Assembly (NCBI GenBank): GCA_050008535.1
Contig: JBEKML010000003.1
Coordinates: 1-61,786 of the forward strand
Reading direction: 5' to 3'
Length of the DNA: 61,786 bases
Source: Minisyncoccia bacterium
Lineage (GTDB): Bacteria > Patescibacteriota > Minisyncoccia > UBA6257 > 2-01-FULL-56-20
Part shown: one piece after another, positions 9,132 to 19,415 of the stretch
Layout: the number at the start of each line of letters is the position of its first letter
Position numbering within the stretch: the stretch's first letter is position 1
Notes under the pieces: generated by a model
Told to the model about the DNA's origin: nothing
The model's input: only the letters and a program-made list of their open reading frames with translations
Database searches by the model: none
Program-made: the position numbers and the translations under genes

Positions 9132-10565
9132 ATGGCATTTTCCCTCCATCCGGCCGACACGGCATTTGGCATCACGCTTTTATTTCTCGCAGGCATTTTT
9201 ATCGCAGGTTTGGGGTGGCACTTTTTTGTTTTCTTCCTGGCCGTGCTTGCGGGCGGCGTAGCTTCGGTTCTTTTTAAGCGGGCGCTCTGGAAAGAGTGTG
9301 CGCTTTTTTGCTGCGCCATGCTCGCGGGCGCGCTCTACTACCATTTGTATTTCCACATTGAGGACGCGAAAACGAATTTGCCGTTCGGGCAGAAGGGCGT
9401 TTTCTCCGTGACCATTTCGGACGAGCCACAACCGTCGGAAAAATTTTTGATGCTCACGGCCGACGCCGAGCCGCCGTTTGCGGGTACGGTGGAGATCTTC
9501 GCGCCGCCGGAGAGCGATTTTCAATACGGCGAACTGATTCGCGTAGCCGGCACTGTAAACCCGCCGGATATGCCGGGCGGCAACGCGATCATTTTCACGC
9601 CCAAAATAACGGTGCTCGCCGAGCATCGCGGCTTTTGGCTGCGCGAGTGGATGATCAATATCAAACTCGCCATTTTGCAAAAGTTCAGGGAAGCGCTGCC
9701 GGAAGACCAGGCGGCGCTCTTGGGCGGGATCGCTTTCGGTTCAAAAGTGAGCTTCAAGCAGGAATTGAAAGATGCGATGGCGCTCTCGGGAACCACGCAC
9801 CTGGTCGCGGTTTCCGGTTATAACATCACGATCGTCATCGTGGCGGCGAGCGATCTTTTTAGAAGATTCTTCTCGCGCCGCACAACGTTCATTGCCGCCG
9901 TCATTGCACTCCTTCTTTTTATGTTCATGGTCGGCGCGCAGGCATCTGCGGTGCGCGCGGCGATCATGGGATTTCTGGCGCTTGTGGCGCGTGAGATAGG
10001 GGAGGAGTTCTCAATGCGGAACGCGATCGTCTTTACGGCTGCGTTTATGGCGTTGCTTGATCCGGGTATTCTTACCGGAAACCTAAGCTTCATCCTTTCC
10101 TTTTTGAGCTTGGCCGGCATCGTCTATCTTGGCCCGCCGCTCAAAAAACTTTTGCGTTACGGGAATGATGATGGCGGCCTTTTTGATTGGAAAGAGAGCG
10201 CCACGACCACCCTATCGGCGCAGCTCGCCGTGATGCCGGTGCTCATCAATTCCTTCGGCCGGTTTTCGTGCATGGCGATCCTGGCGAACATCTTTATCCT
10301 TGCGACCGTGCCGCTCACGATGTTCTTCGGGCTGCTCCTCGCGCTTTTCGGATTTGCGTCACATTACCTTGCGTTTTTCGCGGGGAAGCTCGTCGGCCTC
10401 ATGCTTGCCTACCAGCTCTTTATCATCCGGTTCTTTGCGGCGCTCGCAATTCCGCTGCCCCTGCCGCTAAATTCCGCCGCCGCGATCGCGTTCTATTATT
10501 TGATCCTTCTCGTTTTTATATTTTCGTATGGTTCGCACGGCCCCCGCGCCGGCATGCTTCCATGA
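9132..10565 (+). CDS. comEC: ComEC/Rec2 DNA-uptake channel (competence domain only)
   Basis: Track ORF trimmed to the ATG at 9132 (477 aa). It is polytopic and carries LLGGIAFGSK....L...M..SGTTHLVAVSGYNITIV. Confidence 0.8.
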   Translation: MAFSLHPADTAFGITLLFLAGIFIAGLGWHFFVFFLAVLAGGVASVLFKRALWKECALFCCAMLAGALYYHLYFHIEDAKTNLPFGQKGVFSVTISDEPQPSEKFLMLTADAEPPFAGTVEIFAPPESDFQYGELIRVAGTVNPPDMPGGNAIIFTPKITVLAEHRGFWLREWMINIKLAILQKFREALPEDQAALLGGIAFGSKVSFKQELKDAMALSGTTHLVAVSGYNITIVIVAASDLFRRFFSRRTTFIAAVIALLLFMFMVGAQASAVRAAIMGFLALVAREIGEEFSMRNAIVFTAAFMALLDPGILTGNLSFILSFLSLAGIVYLGPPLKKLLRYGNDDGGLFDWKESATTTLSAQLAVMPVLINSFGRFSCMAILANIFILATVPLTMFFGLLLALFGFASHYLAFFAGKLVGLMLAYQLFIIRFFAALAIPLPLPLNSAAAIAFYYLILLVFIFSYGSHGPRAGMLP

Positions 10566-11437
10566 GCACGCTCAAAAAGTTTGATACGCTTGCGCTTATC
10601 ATCGTAACGTCGCTCATCGCGGTTGATGCATACCTTTGGTTCGTTATTTTCTCGCAGGGCAGCGTCCGCGAGGCGCATGAATATTTTTTGGACGTCGGCC
10701 AGGGAGACAGCGAACTCATCGTTCTTCCTGGGAATATAAAAATAATGACCGATGCGGGTCCGACGAGCGCCGTTATAGATGCGCTTCAAAAAGTGCTCCC
10801 CCAGGGTGATCGCTATATTGATATCGCCATTGTTTCGCACCCTGAACTTGATCATTTTGGCGGCTATCTAGACGTTCTTGATCGCTACGACGTTGGCGCA
10901 TTCGTCTACAACGGCCGTGACGGCGACACGAAAGAATGGTGGACGCTTCTCACGAAAATCGCGGCAAAGCACATTCCGCTCATCACGCTCGGTGCGGGAG
11001 ATGTTATCCGCTACAGTGGAGTTGAAATTGACCTGCTTTCGCCAGACGAAACGTTTATCCGGAGCGCGGAGCTGAACGATACCGGCCTTGTGGAACTCGT
11101 AAAGACAGACGGTTTCCGTACCCTCCTTTCCGCCGACACCGGATCAAACGTTGAGGATTATCTTCTGCAAGACGGCACTGACCTGCGTGCGGACATTTTG
11201 AAAGTGCCGCATCACGGTTCAAAATATGCTTCGGATGATGCGTTCCTGCGCGCCGTAGACCCGAAAGTGGCGGTGATCGAAGTGGGCGCGAAAAACGTCT
11301 ACGGCCACCCGTCAAAGGAGGCGCTTGCGCGGCTTGCGTCATCCACGCGCGCGGCCATTTTCCGCACCGACCGCGACGGCACCGTAGAAATATTTTCCAG
11401 GGACGGCGCGATAAAAATAGTGAAAGAAAAACAGTGA
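10562..11437 (+). CDS. MBL-fold metallo-hydrolase, ComEC C-terminal-domain type
   Basis: The ATG at 10562 overlaps the comEC stop (ATGA). 291 aa: signal anchor, FLDVGQGDSELIV, VSHPELDHFGG, KVPHHGS. Confidence 0.8.
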   Translation: MSTLKKFDTLALIIVTSLIAVDAYLWFVIFSQGSVREAHEYFLDVGQGDSELIVLPGNIKIMTDAGPTSAVIDALQKVLPQGDRYIDIAIVSHPELDHFGGYLDVLDRYDVGAFVYNGRDGDTKEWWTLLTKIAAKHIPLITLGAGDVIRYSGVEIDLLSPDETFIRSAELNDTGLVELVKTDGFRTLLSADTGSNVEDYLLQDGTDLRADILKVPHHGSKYASDDAFLRAVDPKVAVIEVGAKNVYGHPSKEALARLASSTRAAIFRTDRDGTVEIFSRDGAIKIVKEKQ

Positions 11438-11472
11438 CGGCACGACACGATTGGTGATATAATGGAAAGGCT

Positions 11473-12762
11473 TTGAAGATACAAAATTTTGAACAACTCG
11501 CGGTGACGGATGCACGGCGGGCGTTGCTCACGATCGCTGAAGCGGGCCTCACAGCGATCGATACCGAGCGCGTGGTGCGGGAAACGGTGCGCCTGGACGG
11601 CGACATCCTTTCCTACGATGGGGAAACAATCGATTTTTCGCAAACCGGAAAGATCGTTTTTATCGCGATCGGGAAATGCGCCGCTGATGCGGCGATGGCA
11701 ATTGAAAGTATTTTGGGCGATCATATCACGCGCGGCGTCGTCGTGGATGTAAGGGTATGCCCCGAATCAAAACGGTTAAAAACTTTTTGCGGGACGCATC
11801 CGCTGCCGTCGGACGAAAATCTTCATGCGGCGGAGGCGATCATGGAAACGCTTGAGGGGCTTACCGAGCGTGACGCAGTGCTTTTTGTGATCTCCGGCGG
11901 CGGCTCAACGTTGCTTTTTTTGCCGGTGGACAAGCGGAACAGAGAAGAAGTGACGATTTTTAATGCGCTTACGAATGCGGGCGCGACCATCCAAGAAATG
12001 AACATTGTGCGGCGGCATCTTTCGCTCGCGCGCGGCGGCTATCTTGCGAAAGCCGCGTATCCTGCGCGCGTTATTTCGCTCATTATGAGCGATATACCGG
12101 GCGACGAGCTCACTGCGATCGCTTCCGGGCCGACCGTGAAGGATATTACCACCGTGGAGGATGCTGTCGGCGTACTTCAAAAATATGATGTGCCGCGGAT
12201 ATGCCCCATTGAAAGCTACGGCCTTATAGAAACGCCAAAGGACGATAAGTATTTCGCGCGCGTCACGAATCACATCGTTGTTTCAAACAAGCGGGCGCTT
12301 GAGGCCATGAGCGCCGCCGCGGAAAAGATGGGATTTCATGCGACCATCCGCGGAGCGGAACTCACGGGCGAAGCGCGGGAGGTGGGCCTCGCCGTCGCGA
12401 ACGAACTGCGCGTGGCACCGCGGAAGACCGCGCTCCTTTGGGGCGGCGAGACGACGGTCACGGTGCATGGCACGGGAGGGAGGGGAGGCCGGAATCAGGA
12501 ATTGAGCGCCGTAGCGCTCGCGGTGATCCAGGACGGCGAAGAGATTCTTTCGCTTGCTTCGGACGGGCGCGATCACGGTCCTTGTGCGGGCGCCATTTGC
12601 GACATCATGACAAAGAAAGCAGCTATGGCTGCCGGACTTGACGCAGAAACTTTTCTCAATAAAAGCGATATTTATTCTTTCTTTGAAAGAGTCGGCAATT
12701 GCGTCATGACGGGCGATACCGGGTCGAATGTTTCAGATCTTATCATTGCGTTGAAAATGTAG
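11473..12762 (+). CDS. glycerate kinase (DUF4147/MOFRL family)
   Basis: 429 aa with a TTG start. GKCAADAA, ISGGGSTLL and GGETTVTVHGTGGRGGRNQE are typical of MOFRL glycerate 2-kinases. Confidence 0.8.
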   Translation: MKIQNFEQLAVTDARRALLTIAEAGLTAIDTERVVRETVRLDGDILSYDGETIDFSQTGKIVFIAIGKCAADAAMAIESILGDHITRGVVVDVRVCPESKRLKTFCGTHPLPSDENLHAAEAIMETLEGLTERDAVLFVISGGGSTLLFLPVDKRNREEVTIFNALTNAGATIQEMNIVRRHLSLARGGYLAKAAYPARVISLIMSDIPGDELTAIASGPTVKDITTVEDAVGVLQKYDVPRICPIESYGLIETPKDDKYFARVTNHIVVSNKRALEAMSAAAEKMGFHATIRGAELTGEAREVGLAVANELRVAPRKTALLWGGETTVTVHGTGGRGGRNQELSAVALAVIQDGEEILSLASDGRDHGPCAGAICDIMTKKAAMAAGLDAETFLNKSDIYSFFERVGNCVMTGDTGSNVSDLIIALKM

Positions 12763-12797
12763 CGTTGTTGTTTAGTGTATACTGTGAGTAATACACC

Positions 12798-15257
12798 ATG
12801 AAAAAACAAAAATATATTTTGCAGTACGAGGAGGTGGGCATCAAGGATGTGGGCATTGTGGGCGGGAAGAATGCGTCGCTCGGGGAGATGATCCGGACGC
12901 TCCACGCGAAAGGCGTGCCGGTGCCCTCCGGTTTTGTCGTTACGGCTTCGGCGTATTTCTATTTTTTAGAGAAAACAGGTCTCGACAAGTTCATTAAAAC
13001 CACCTTAAAAGGCCTTAACACGAAGAACTTGAAGGATCTTCAGCGCCGCGGCAAGATAGTCCGCGATGCAATGATGAAAACGGAGTTTCCGAAGGATCTG
13101 GCCGCAGAAATCGTAAAGGGCTACCGCGGACTTGAAAAGCGCTACGGCAAAAATGCGGATGTAGCGGTGCGTTCAAGCGCCACGGCGGAGGACCTTCCCA
13201 CCGCGAGTTTTGCGGGGGAGCAGGAAAGTTACCTCGGCATCCGCGGCGGGGGAGACGTGCTCCGGGCCGTGCGCGCCACCATGGCATCGCTTTTCACCGA
13301 TCGTGCCATTTCCTATCGCGCCGACCGCGGCTTTGATCATTTGAAAATCGCGCTTTCGGCCGGGGTCCAAAAAATGGTTCGCTCCGACCGTGCCTGTTCG
13401 GGTGTGATGTTCACGCTGGACACCGAATCCGGTTTCCGCAATATTGTTTTGATCAACGGCTCGTGGGGCCTCGGCGAGATGATCGTGAAGGGCGAGGTTA
13501 CGCCGGACGAGTTCATTGTTTGGAAAGAAGGGCTTAAGCGGAACGTGCCGCATCCGATCATCGAGAAGAAACTCGGCGTGAAGCTGAAGAAAATGGTCTA
13601 TCATCATGAGCGGCGGCTTGAGCAGGCAAAGATCATCCCTACGACTCCCGATGAGCGCGCATCATTTGTGCTCACGGACCATGAAGTGGCGCGGCTCGCA
13701 AAGTGGGGAACGATCATTGAGGAGCACTACACCAACCACTATAAGAGGTGGATGCCGATGGACATGGAATGGGCGAAGGACGGCGTGACGGGCGAGCTCT
13801 TTATCGTGCAGGCGCGGCCGGAGACGATCCACGCCGGCCGTGATTTTTCCAAAGTAAAAGAATACATCCCACTTGAACGCCGCGAGCCGATCCTTATGGG
13901 TGCATCCGTCGGTTCAAAGATCGGCGTGGGCAAAGCGCGCGTCATTTTAGACGCAAAACACATCGGCGATTTCAAGAAGGGCGAGGTTTTGGTGACCACG
14001 ATGACCGATCCCGATTGGGAGCCGATCATGAAGATCGCCTCGGCGATCGTGACGGACAAGGGCGGCCGCACTTCGCATGCCGCGATCGTTTCGCGCGAGC
14101 TCGGCATTCCCGCGGTCGTAGGAACGGAGAAAGCGACGAAGCTCATCAAAACCGGCGACTCGATCACGGTGGATACAACAGGCAGCGCGGGCAATATCTA
14201 TAGAGGATTCCTGAAGTTCAAAGTGGTGGAGCATGATCTCAAGAAGATCCCGCAGCCCAAGACACACATCATGATCAATGTGGCTATTCCCGACAGCGCG
14301 TTTGAGGTTTCATTCCTGCCGAACAGGGGCGTGGGCCTCGCACGCGAAGAGTTCATCATCGCGTCAAAGATGGGTCTGCATCCGATGGCGCTTTTAAATC
14401 TTGTGAAGCAAACGCCTGCGGTGCGGCATGCAATCGAGCAGAAAATGCGCGGCTGGCGTGACCCGAAGAGATACTATATAGATAATCTTGCGTTCGGCAT
14501 TGCAAAGATCGGCGCGGCGTTCTATCCGCGTCCCGTGATCGTGCGCTTCTCCGATTTCAAGACAAATGAATACCGCACCTTGCTCGGCGGCGAGATGTAC
14601 GAACCGCGCGAGGAAAATCCGATGCTCGGCTGGCGCGGCGCCTCGCGGTACTATGACCCGAAGTTCAAGCCGGCATTCATGATGGAAGCGGCAGCGGTGA
14701 AGATGGTGCGCGAGGAAATGGGGCTTACGAACGTAATTCCGATGGTGCCTTTCTGCCGCACCGCAGAGGAGGGGATGCAGGTGCAAGAAGCAATGGCCGA
14801 AGCGGGGCTTTTCACTAAGTACACGATAAATGCATGGAAACGCATGCGGCATGCTGTGAATGGCAAGAAAGCGACCGTGACGCCCATCTACGTGATGTGC
14901 GAGATCCCGTCCAACGTTTTGGACGCAGATGCCTTCTTGGATATCTTTGACGGTATGTCCATCGGTTCCAACGACCTCACCCAGCTCGCGATGGGGCTTG
15001 ATCGTGATTCCGGCATTGTGACAAAGATCGCGAACGAAAAACATCCTGCCGTGAAGCGCCTAATTGCCGAGATCATCGCAAAGTGCCGCGCCCGCAAGAA
15101 ATACATCGGCATCTGCGGCCAGGGCCCGTCCGACTACCCCGACTTCGCCGAATTCCTCGTGGAGAAGGGCATTGAAAGCATGTCTTTGAATCCCGACACC
15201 GTCGTCCGCACGACCGTTGCGATCGCGAAGAAGGAGAAGCAGCTGAAGCGACGGTAG
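12798..15257 (+). CDS. ppsA: phosphoenolpyruvate synthase
   Basis: 819 aa. GGKNASLGEM, the phospho-His region TDKGGRTSHAAIVSRELGIPAVVG, and a C-terminal PEP-utilising TIM domain with GSNDLTQL. Confidence 0.9.
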   Translation: MKKQKYILQYEEVGIKDVGIVGGKNASLGEMIRTLHAKGVPVPSGFVVTASAYFYFLEKTGLDKFIKTTLKGLNTKNLKDLQRRGKIVRDAMMKTEFPKDLAAEIVKGYRGLEKRYGKNADVAVRSSATAEDLPTASFAGEQESYLGIRGGGDVLRAVRATMASLFTDRAISYRADRGFDHLKIALSAGVQKMVRSDRACSGVMFTLDTESGFRNIVLINGSWGLGEMIVKGEVTPDEFIVWKEGLKRNVPHPIIEKKLGVKLKKMVYHHERRLEQAKIIPTTPDERASFVLTDHEVARLAKWGTIIEEHYTNHYKRWMPMDMEWAKDGVTGELFIVQARPETIHAGRDFSKVKEYIPLERREPILMGASVGSKIGVGKARVILDAKHIGDFKKGEVLVTTMTDPDWEPIMKIASAIVTDKGGRTSHAAIVSRELGIPAVVGTEKATKLIKTGDSITVDTTGSAGNIYRGFLKFKVVEHDLKKIPQPKTHIMINVAIPDSAFEVSFLPNRGVGLAREEFIIASKMGLHPMALLNLVKQTPAVRHAIEQKMRGWRDPKRYYIDNLAFGIAKIGAAFYPRPVIVRFSDFKTNEYRTLLGGEMYEPREENPMLGWRGASRYYDPKFKPAFMMEAAAVKMVREEMGLTNVIPMVPFCRTAEEGMQVQEAMAEAGLFTKYTINAWKRMRHAVNGKKATVTPIYVMCEIPSNVLDADAFLDIFDGMSIGSNDLTQLAMGLDRDSGIVTKIANEKHPAVKRLIAEIIAKCRARKKYIGICGQGPSDYPDFAEFLVEKGIESMSLNPDTVVRTTVAIAKKEKQLKRR

Positions 15258-15268
15258 GTATTAAAAGC

Positions 15269-15715
15269 ATGCCAAAGACCCTTCCGTTAGAAATCTTTGC
15301 CATATATTTCTCTCCTTACACTGCGCATGCGATAGAAATAGACGGAGTGGTATATCCTACCGTTGAGCATGCATATCAGTGTTTGCGTTACACCGACAAA
15401 AAGATCATTGACGAAATAAAAAACGCCCGCAGCCCCGTGAAGGCATGGGAAATTTCAACAAAATATAAACATCTTCAGATACCCACGTTTCGGGAGCACA
15501 AGCGGGAAACCATGAAAATGCTCATGCGGGCCAGGGCCGATCAACACGAAGAAGTGAGAAAAGCCCTGCTGGACTCCGGCGATATCCAGATCGTGAAACA
15601 TATTACGACCTATCCGCCAGGGGATGGATGGTGGGATGATGGCGAGGATGGGAAGGGATTAAATCATATGGGCCGCATCTGGATGGAGATACGGGAGGAA
15701 CTAAGAAATCAATAA
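15269..15715 (+). CDS. NADAR (YbiA-like, DUF1768) domain protein
   Basis: 148 aa. FSPYTAHAIEIDGVVYPTVEHAYQ plus a downstream W-rich C-terminus, as in NADAR proteins. Confidence 0.7.
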   Translation: MPKTLPLEIFAIYFSPYTAHAIEIDGVVYPTVEHAYQCLRYTDKKIIDEIKNARSPVKAWEISTKYKHLQIPTFREHKRETMKMLMRARADQHEEVRKALLDSGDIQIVKHITTYPPGDGWWDDGEDGKGLNHMGRIWMEIREELRNQ

Positions 15716-15718
15716 AAT

Positions 15719-16123
15719 ATGCCCTACCGCGGCGTCATTATCGAAGAAAGTTTAGCCGATAAATCCTTGCTGAAAGATATAAAGATCGTTTCCACAAAGG
15801 TGGAGCCTGTGACCTCGGGCGACAAGCATGCAACGCCGTGGATCGGACAGTGGACGCTTCACGCCGTGGAAGTTCCAGAAGAAAAAGCTGCTACGCTTGC
15901 AGAGAGCATCGGTCATGCACTCGACAAAGACCACGCCCACGCTTGGTACGCGGACTATAAAACCGAAACCGACCATTATATTATCTTTTCTGAAAAGGTA
16001 TTTCATGTAACTGACCGCACAAGCAAGGATCAATACGACGAGGTTGTCCGTTATGGCGTAGGGCTTGGCATCCCGCCCTATCAAGTGGATTTTTCGCCAT
16101 ACGTGCCAGAGTGGAAAAGATAG
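15719..16123 (+). CDS. hypothetical protein, 3 nt after the NADAR gene
   Basis: 134 aa, no recognisable motif, tight coupling to 15269..15715. Confidence 0.5.
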   Translation: MPYRGVIIEESLADKSLLKDIKIVSTKVEPVTSGDKHATPWIGQWTLHAVEVPEEKAATLAESIGHALDKDHAHAWYADYKTETDHYIIFSEKVFHVTDRTSKDQYDEVVRYGVGLGIPPYQVDFSPYVPEWKR

Positions 16124-16303
16124 GATATTTTCATCGCACTCCGCCGAGATTAAAAAATCATTAAACGATTCTTGACTTTGCATTCGGGCACGGTATGATT
16201 TTAGGGAAAACAGCGTCCGTAGAACGATGGACGAAAATCTCCGTTTTGGCGTATAAATGACCGCGCAAGCGGCCATTTATATTTTTAGATAGTTTTAATG
16301 GGA

Positions 16304-16807
16304 TCACCGGATTTCAATAATACGATAGGTTCGGGGACCATCCACGGTTTTTATCGTAACATCGTCTCCCTTGGCGCGGCCGATAAGCGCGGCGCCGAGC
16401 GGGGACTGATACGAAATGCGTTCTCTTGCGGGATCGGATTCGTCCGAGCCAACGATTTGGAACGTTTTTTCCGCTCCGTCGGCCTTGAGTACGACCGTGG
16501 AGCCGATCTGGACCTTGTCCGAAGCGCTTGGACCCGTAGCGATGAGCGCGACGCGTTTTATCTGGTCTTCTATCTCTAATATCTGCCAGTTCGTGCGGCG
16601 CAGGGTTGATTTCGCCAATTTGTATTCGGCGTTGTCCGACCGATCGCCGTATGCGGCTGTCCGCTGGGCTTCGGCAATGCGGTCCGGCAGTGCGCGCTTG
16701 AGGCGTGCGAGTTTTTCCTTCAGGCGCAAGAAGCCCTCTTCGGTAAGATACACGGGTTCGTCGCTTTGTTTCTGGAATTTCTCCGACCTGCGCCTGGGTA
16801 TCTGCAT
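16304..16807 (-). CDS. greA: transcription elongation factor GreA
   Basis: 167 aa. Coiled-coil N-terminus with GDRSDNAEY; C-terminal domain ISYQSPLGAALIGRAKGDDV. Confidence 0.9.
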   Translation of the reverse strand: MQIPRRRSEKFQKQSDEPVYLTEEGFLRLKEKLARLKRALPDRIAEAQRTAAYGDRSDNAEYKLAKSTLRRTNWQILEIEDQIKRVALIATGPSASDKVQIGSTVVLKADGAEKTFQIVGSDESDPARERISYQSPLGAALIGRAKGDDVTIKTVDGPRTYRIIEIR

Positions 16808-16847
16808 GGTTCAATCATAGCTTAAAACATGTTAGTATGAGGGCCTC

Positions 16848-17810
16848 ATGCTCATCGATGAAATCGCCATCAAGATCAAGGCGGGCAACGGCGGAAAAGG
16901 CGCCGTGGCTTTTAATACGAATTTGAAAAGTTTGGGGCCCACAGGCGCCTCCGGCGGCAGGGGCGGGAACGTGTACGGCGAGGGCATCGCGGACATCGGC
17001 GCGCTCCGGCAATTCCGTTTTAAGAAAGAATTTGAAGCGGAAAATGGCGGCGATGGGCGCGGGCAGTTCCGCGACGGGAAAACGGGGGCAGACATTATAT
17101 TCCGGCTTCCCGTAGGAACCGTGATCCACAATCTGACAAACGGGAGCGACGTTGAGATCGGGAAGATCGGTGAGCGCATGCTCCTGGCCGCAGGAGGTAT
17201 CGGCGGGCGCGGCAATTTCCATTTCCGTTCTTCGCGCAACACGTCGCCCATGCAATCCCAGGGAGGGCGCCCGGGTGAAGCATTCGAGCTGCGGCTTGAA
17301 CTCAAGCTCATCGCGGATGTCGGCTTCGTCGGCCTTCCAAACGTCGGAAAATCAAGCATGCTGAACGTGCTCACGAACGCGAGGAGCAAGGTGGCCAACT
17401 ATCCCTTCACCACGCTCGAGCCGAACTTGGGCGCGTATTATGAATTGATCCTCGCCGACATCCCGGGGCTCATTGAAGGATCGTCCAGCGGCCGCGGCCT
17501 CGGCATAAAATTTCTGCGCCACATCGAACGCACCCGTACGCTTTTCCATTTCGTTTCCGCCGAATCAGCCGATCCGGAAAAAGACTACAAGACGATCCGC
17601 AAAGAATTGGGCGCCTACAATAAAGAACTGCTCGATAAACCCGAACATCTTTTTCTCACAAAAAGCGACCTTGCGGAAAAGGCAGTACTGAAAGAAAAAC
17701 TGGCGGTACTCAAAAAAATGAACCGGACGGCGATCGCCGTTTCAATTAACGATCCTGAGAGCGTGGAGAAAGTAGAAAAGATTTTGAATAAGATCAAGGG
17801 AGAGAAATAA
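16848..17810 (+). CDS. obg: GTPase Obg/CgtA
   Basis: 320 aa. Obg fold GNGGKGAVAF and GGRGGNV; G-domain GLPNVGKSS, DIPGLIEG, TKSD. Confidence 0.9.
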   Translation: MLIDEIAIKIKAGNGGKGAVAFNTNLKSLGPTGASGGRGGNVYGEGIADIGALRQFRFKKEFEAENGGDGRGQFRDGKTGADIIFRLPVGTVIHNLTNGSDVEIGKIGERMLLAAGGIGGRGNFHFRSSRNTSPMQSQGGRPGEAFELRLELKLIADVGFVGLPNVGKSSMLNVLTNARSKVANYPFTTLEPNLGAYYELILADIPGLIEGSSSGRGLGIKFLRHIERTRTLFHFVSAESADPEKDYKTIRKELGAYNKELLDKPEHLFLTKSDLAEKAVLKEKLAVLKKMNRTAIAVSINDPESVEKVEKILNKIKGEK

Positions 17811-17828
17811 TAAGGGTATAATAATCAG

Positions 17829-18572
17829 ATGAACCCCGTCCTAGAAGTCGCTGGCCTCAAGAAATCCTACGGGAAAACCGTTGCGGTGGACGGTGTTTCT
17901 TTTGCGGTGCAGCCGAACGAGATCGTGGGGCTCTTGGGGCCGAACGGCGCAGGGAAGACGACGACGATCGACATGATCCTCGGCGTCCTTGCGCCGAGCG
18001 GTGGAATGGTCAGGATCGAAGGAAAGGACGTGGCGAAAAAGCGGAGCGAGGCTCTGCAGAGCACGAACTTCGCGGCGGTCTATGCGCAGGTGCCGGGCAA
18101 CATGACGGTCTTTCAGAACCTGAAGATCTTCGGTTTGATCTATGAAGTGCCGAACCTGCGCGCGCGGATAGAAGATATAATCCGCGAGTTCGATCTCGTT
18201 CCGTTCCACAACACGCGATGCGGCGTGCTCTCTTCGGGTGAACAGACGCGTGTGAGCTTGGCGAAAGCGATGCTCAATAAACCGCATCTGCTCCTTTTGG
18301 ATGAGCCCACGGCGTCGCTTGACCCCTCAACGGCGCAGATCATCAGGCGCAAAATAAAAGAATACGCAAAGAGCGGCGCGGGCGGGATCCTCTGGACCTC
18401 GCACAACATGCACGAGGTTGCCGAAGTGTGCGACCGCGTGCTCTTCCTCTCGCACGGGAAGATACTGCTTGAAGGGGATCCGAAAATGCTTCCGCAGAAG
18501 CATGGCAAGAAGGACCTTGAGGAGCTTTTTATCGCCGTCGCGCGCGAGCCGCTCACGCTTGAACTTGAATGA
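17829..18572 (+). CDS. ABC transporter ATP-binding protein
   Basis: 247 aa. Walker A GPNGAGKTT, signature LSSGEQ, Walker B LLLLDEP. Confidence 0.9.
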   Translation: MNPVLEVAGLKKSYGKTVAVDGVSFAVQPNEIVGLLGPNGAGKTTTIDMILGVLAPSGGMVRIEGKDVAKKRSEALQSTNFAAVYAQVPGNMTVFQNLKIFGLIYEVPNLRARIEDIIREFDLVPFHNTRCGVLSSGEQTRVSLAKAMLNKPHLLLLDEPTASLDPSTAQIIRRKIKEYAKSGAGGILWTSHNMHEVAEVCDRVLFLSHGKILLEGDPKMLPQKHGKKDLEELFIAVAREPLTLELE

Positions 18573-18585
18573 CGCCATAACTGCC

Positions 18586-19389
18586 ATGAAACCGATCCGC
18601 ATCTACGCCATTTTCCTCCGCCAGATCTATCTTTTGCGCGGCAACCTCACGCGGTTCTTCCAGATGTTCATCTGGATCACGGTGGACATTCTTCTGTGGG
18701 GGTTCATCAGCAAATATTTTACAGGGGTCGGGAACGCGCACATGAACTTTTTCGCCGTCCTTCTTGGTGCGATATTGCTGTGGGACTTCTTCGGCCGCAT
18801 GATGCAAAGCATTGCAACGGCGTTTTTTGAGGATGTGTGGGCGCGGAACTTTTTGAATATTTTTGCCTCGCCGATCCTGATCTCGGAATATCTCACCGGG
18901 CTCGTTCTCACGGGCGTCGTAACGAGCCTCGTCGCATTCGTCGTGATGCTCTTCCTTGCCGGAGTTGTTTTCGGATTTTCCATACTTGTGTACGGGTTTG
19001 CGGTCATACCGTTTCTTATCATCCTTTTCCTTTTTGGGATCGCGCTTGGCATTGTGGGCGTGAGCATCGTCTTGCGGCTCGGGCCGCCCGCAGAATGGTT
19101 TGTGTGGCCCATTCCCGCCGTCATATCGCCCTTCGTCGGCGTAATTTATCCGCTCTCTATCCTCCCGCACTGGATGCAGTTTGTGGGGCACCTGCTCCCG
19201 CCGTCCTATGTTTTTGAAGGTGTGCGCGCGATTGTGGCTGGTGGAACGTTTTCCGGAAGTGCATTTGCGATCGGGCTTTGTCTGTCGCTCATGTATATTG
19301 CGCTTGCGTATTTCATTTTTCTTGCGGTGTATCGCAAAGCAATTCGCACGGGGCTTATCGCGCGTTACAGCGCGGAGAGCGTGAACTAG
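18586..19389 (+). CDS. ABC-2 type transporter permease
   Basis: Track ORF trimmed to the ATG at 18586 (267 aa). About 6 TM segments, directly downstream of the ATPase. Confidence 0.75.
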   Translation: MKPIRIYAIFLRQIYLLRGNLTRFFQMFIWITVDILLWGFISKYFTGVGNAHMNFFAVLLGAILLWDFFGRMMQSIATAFFEDVWARNFLNIFASPILISEYLTGLVLTGVVTSLVAFVVMLFLAGVVFGFSILVYGFAVIPFLIILFLFGIALGIVGVSIVLRLGPPAEWFVWPIPAVISPFVGVIYPLSILPHWMQFVGHLLPPSYVFEGVRAIVAGGTFSGSAFAIGLCLSLMYIALAYFIFLAVYRKAIRTGLIARYSAESVN

Positions 19390-19415
19390 CGGGGAAGATA
19401 CGGTAAAATAAGCCC

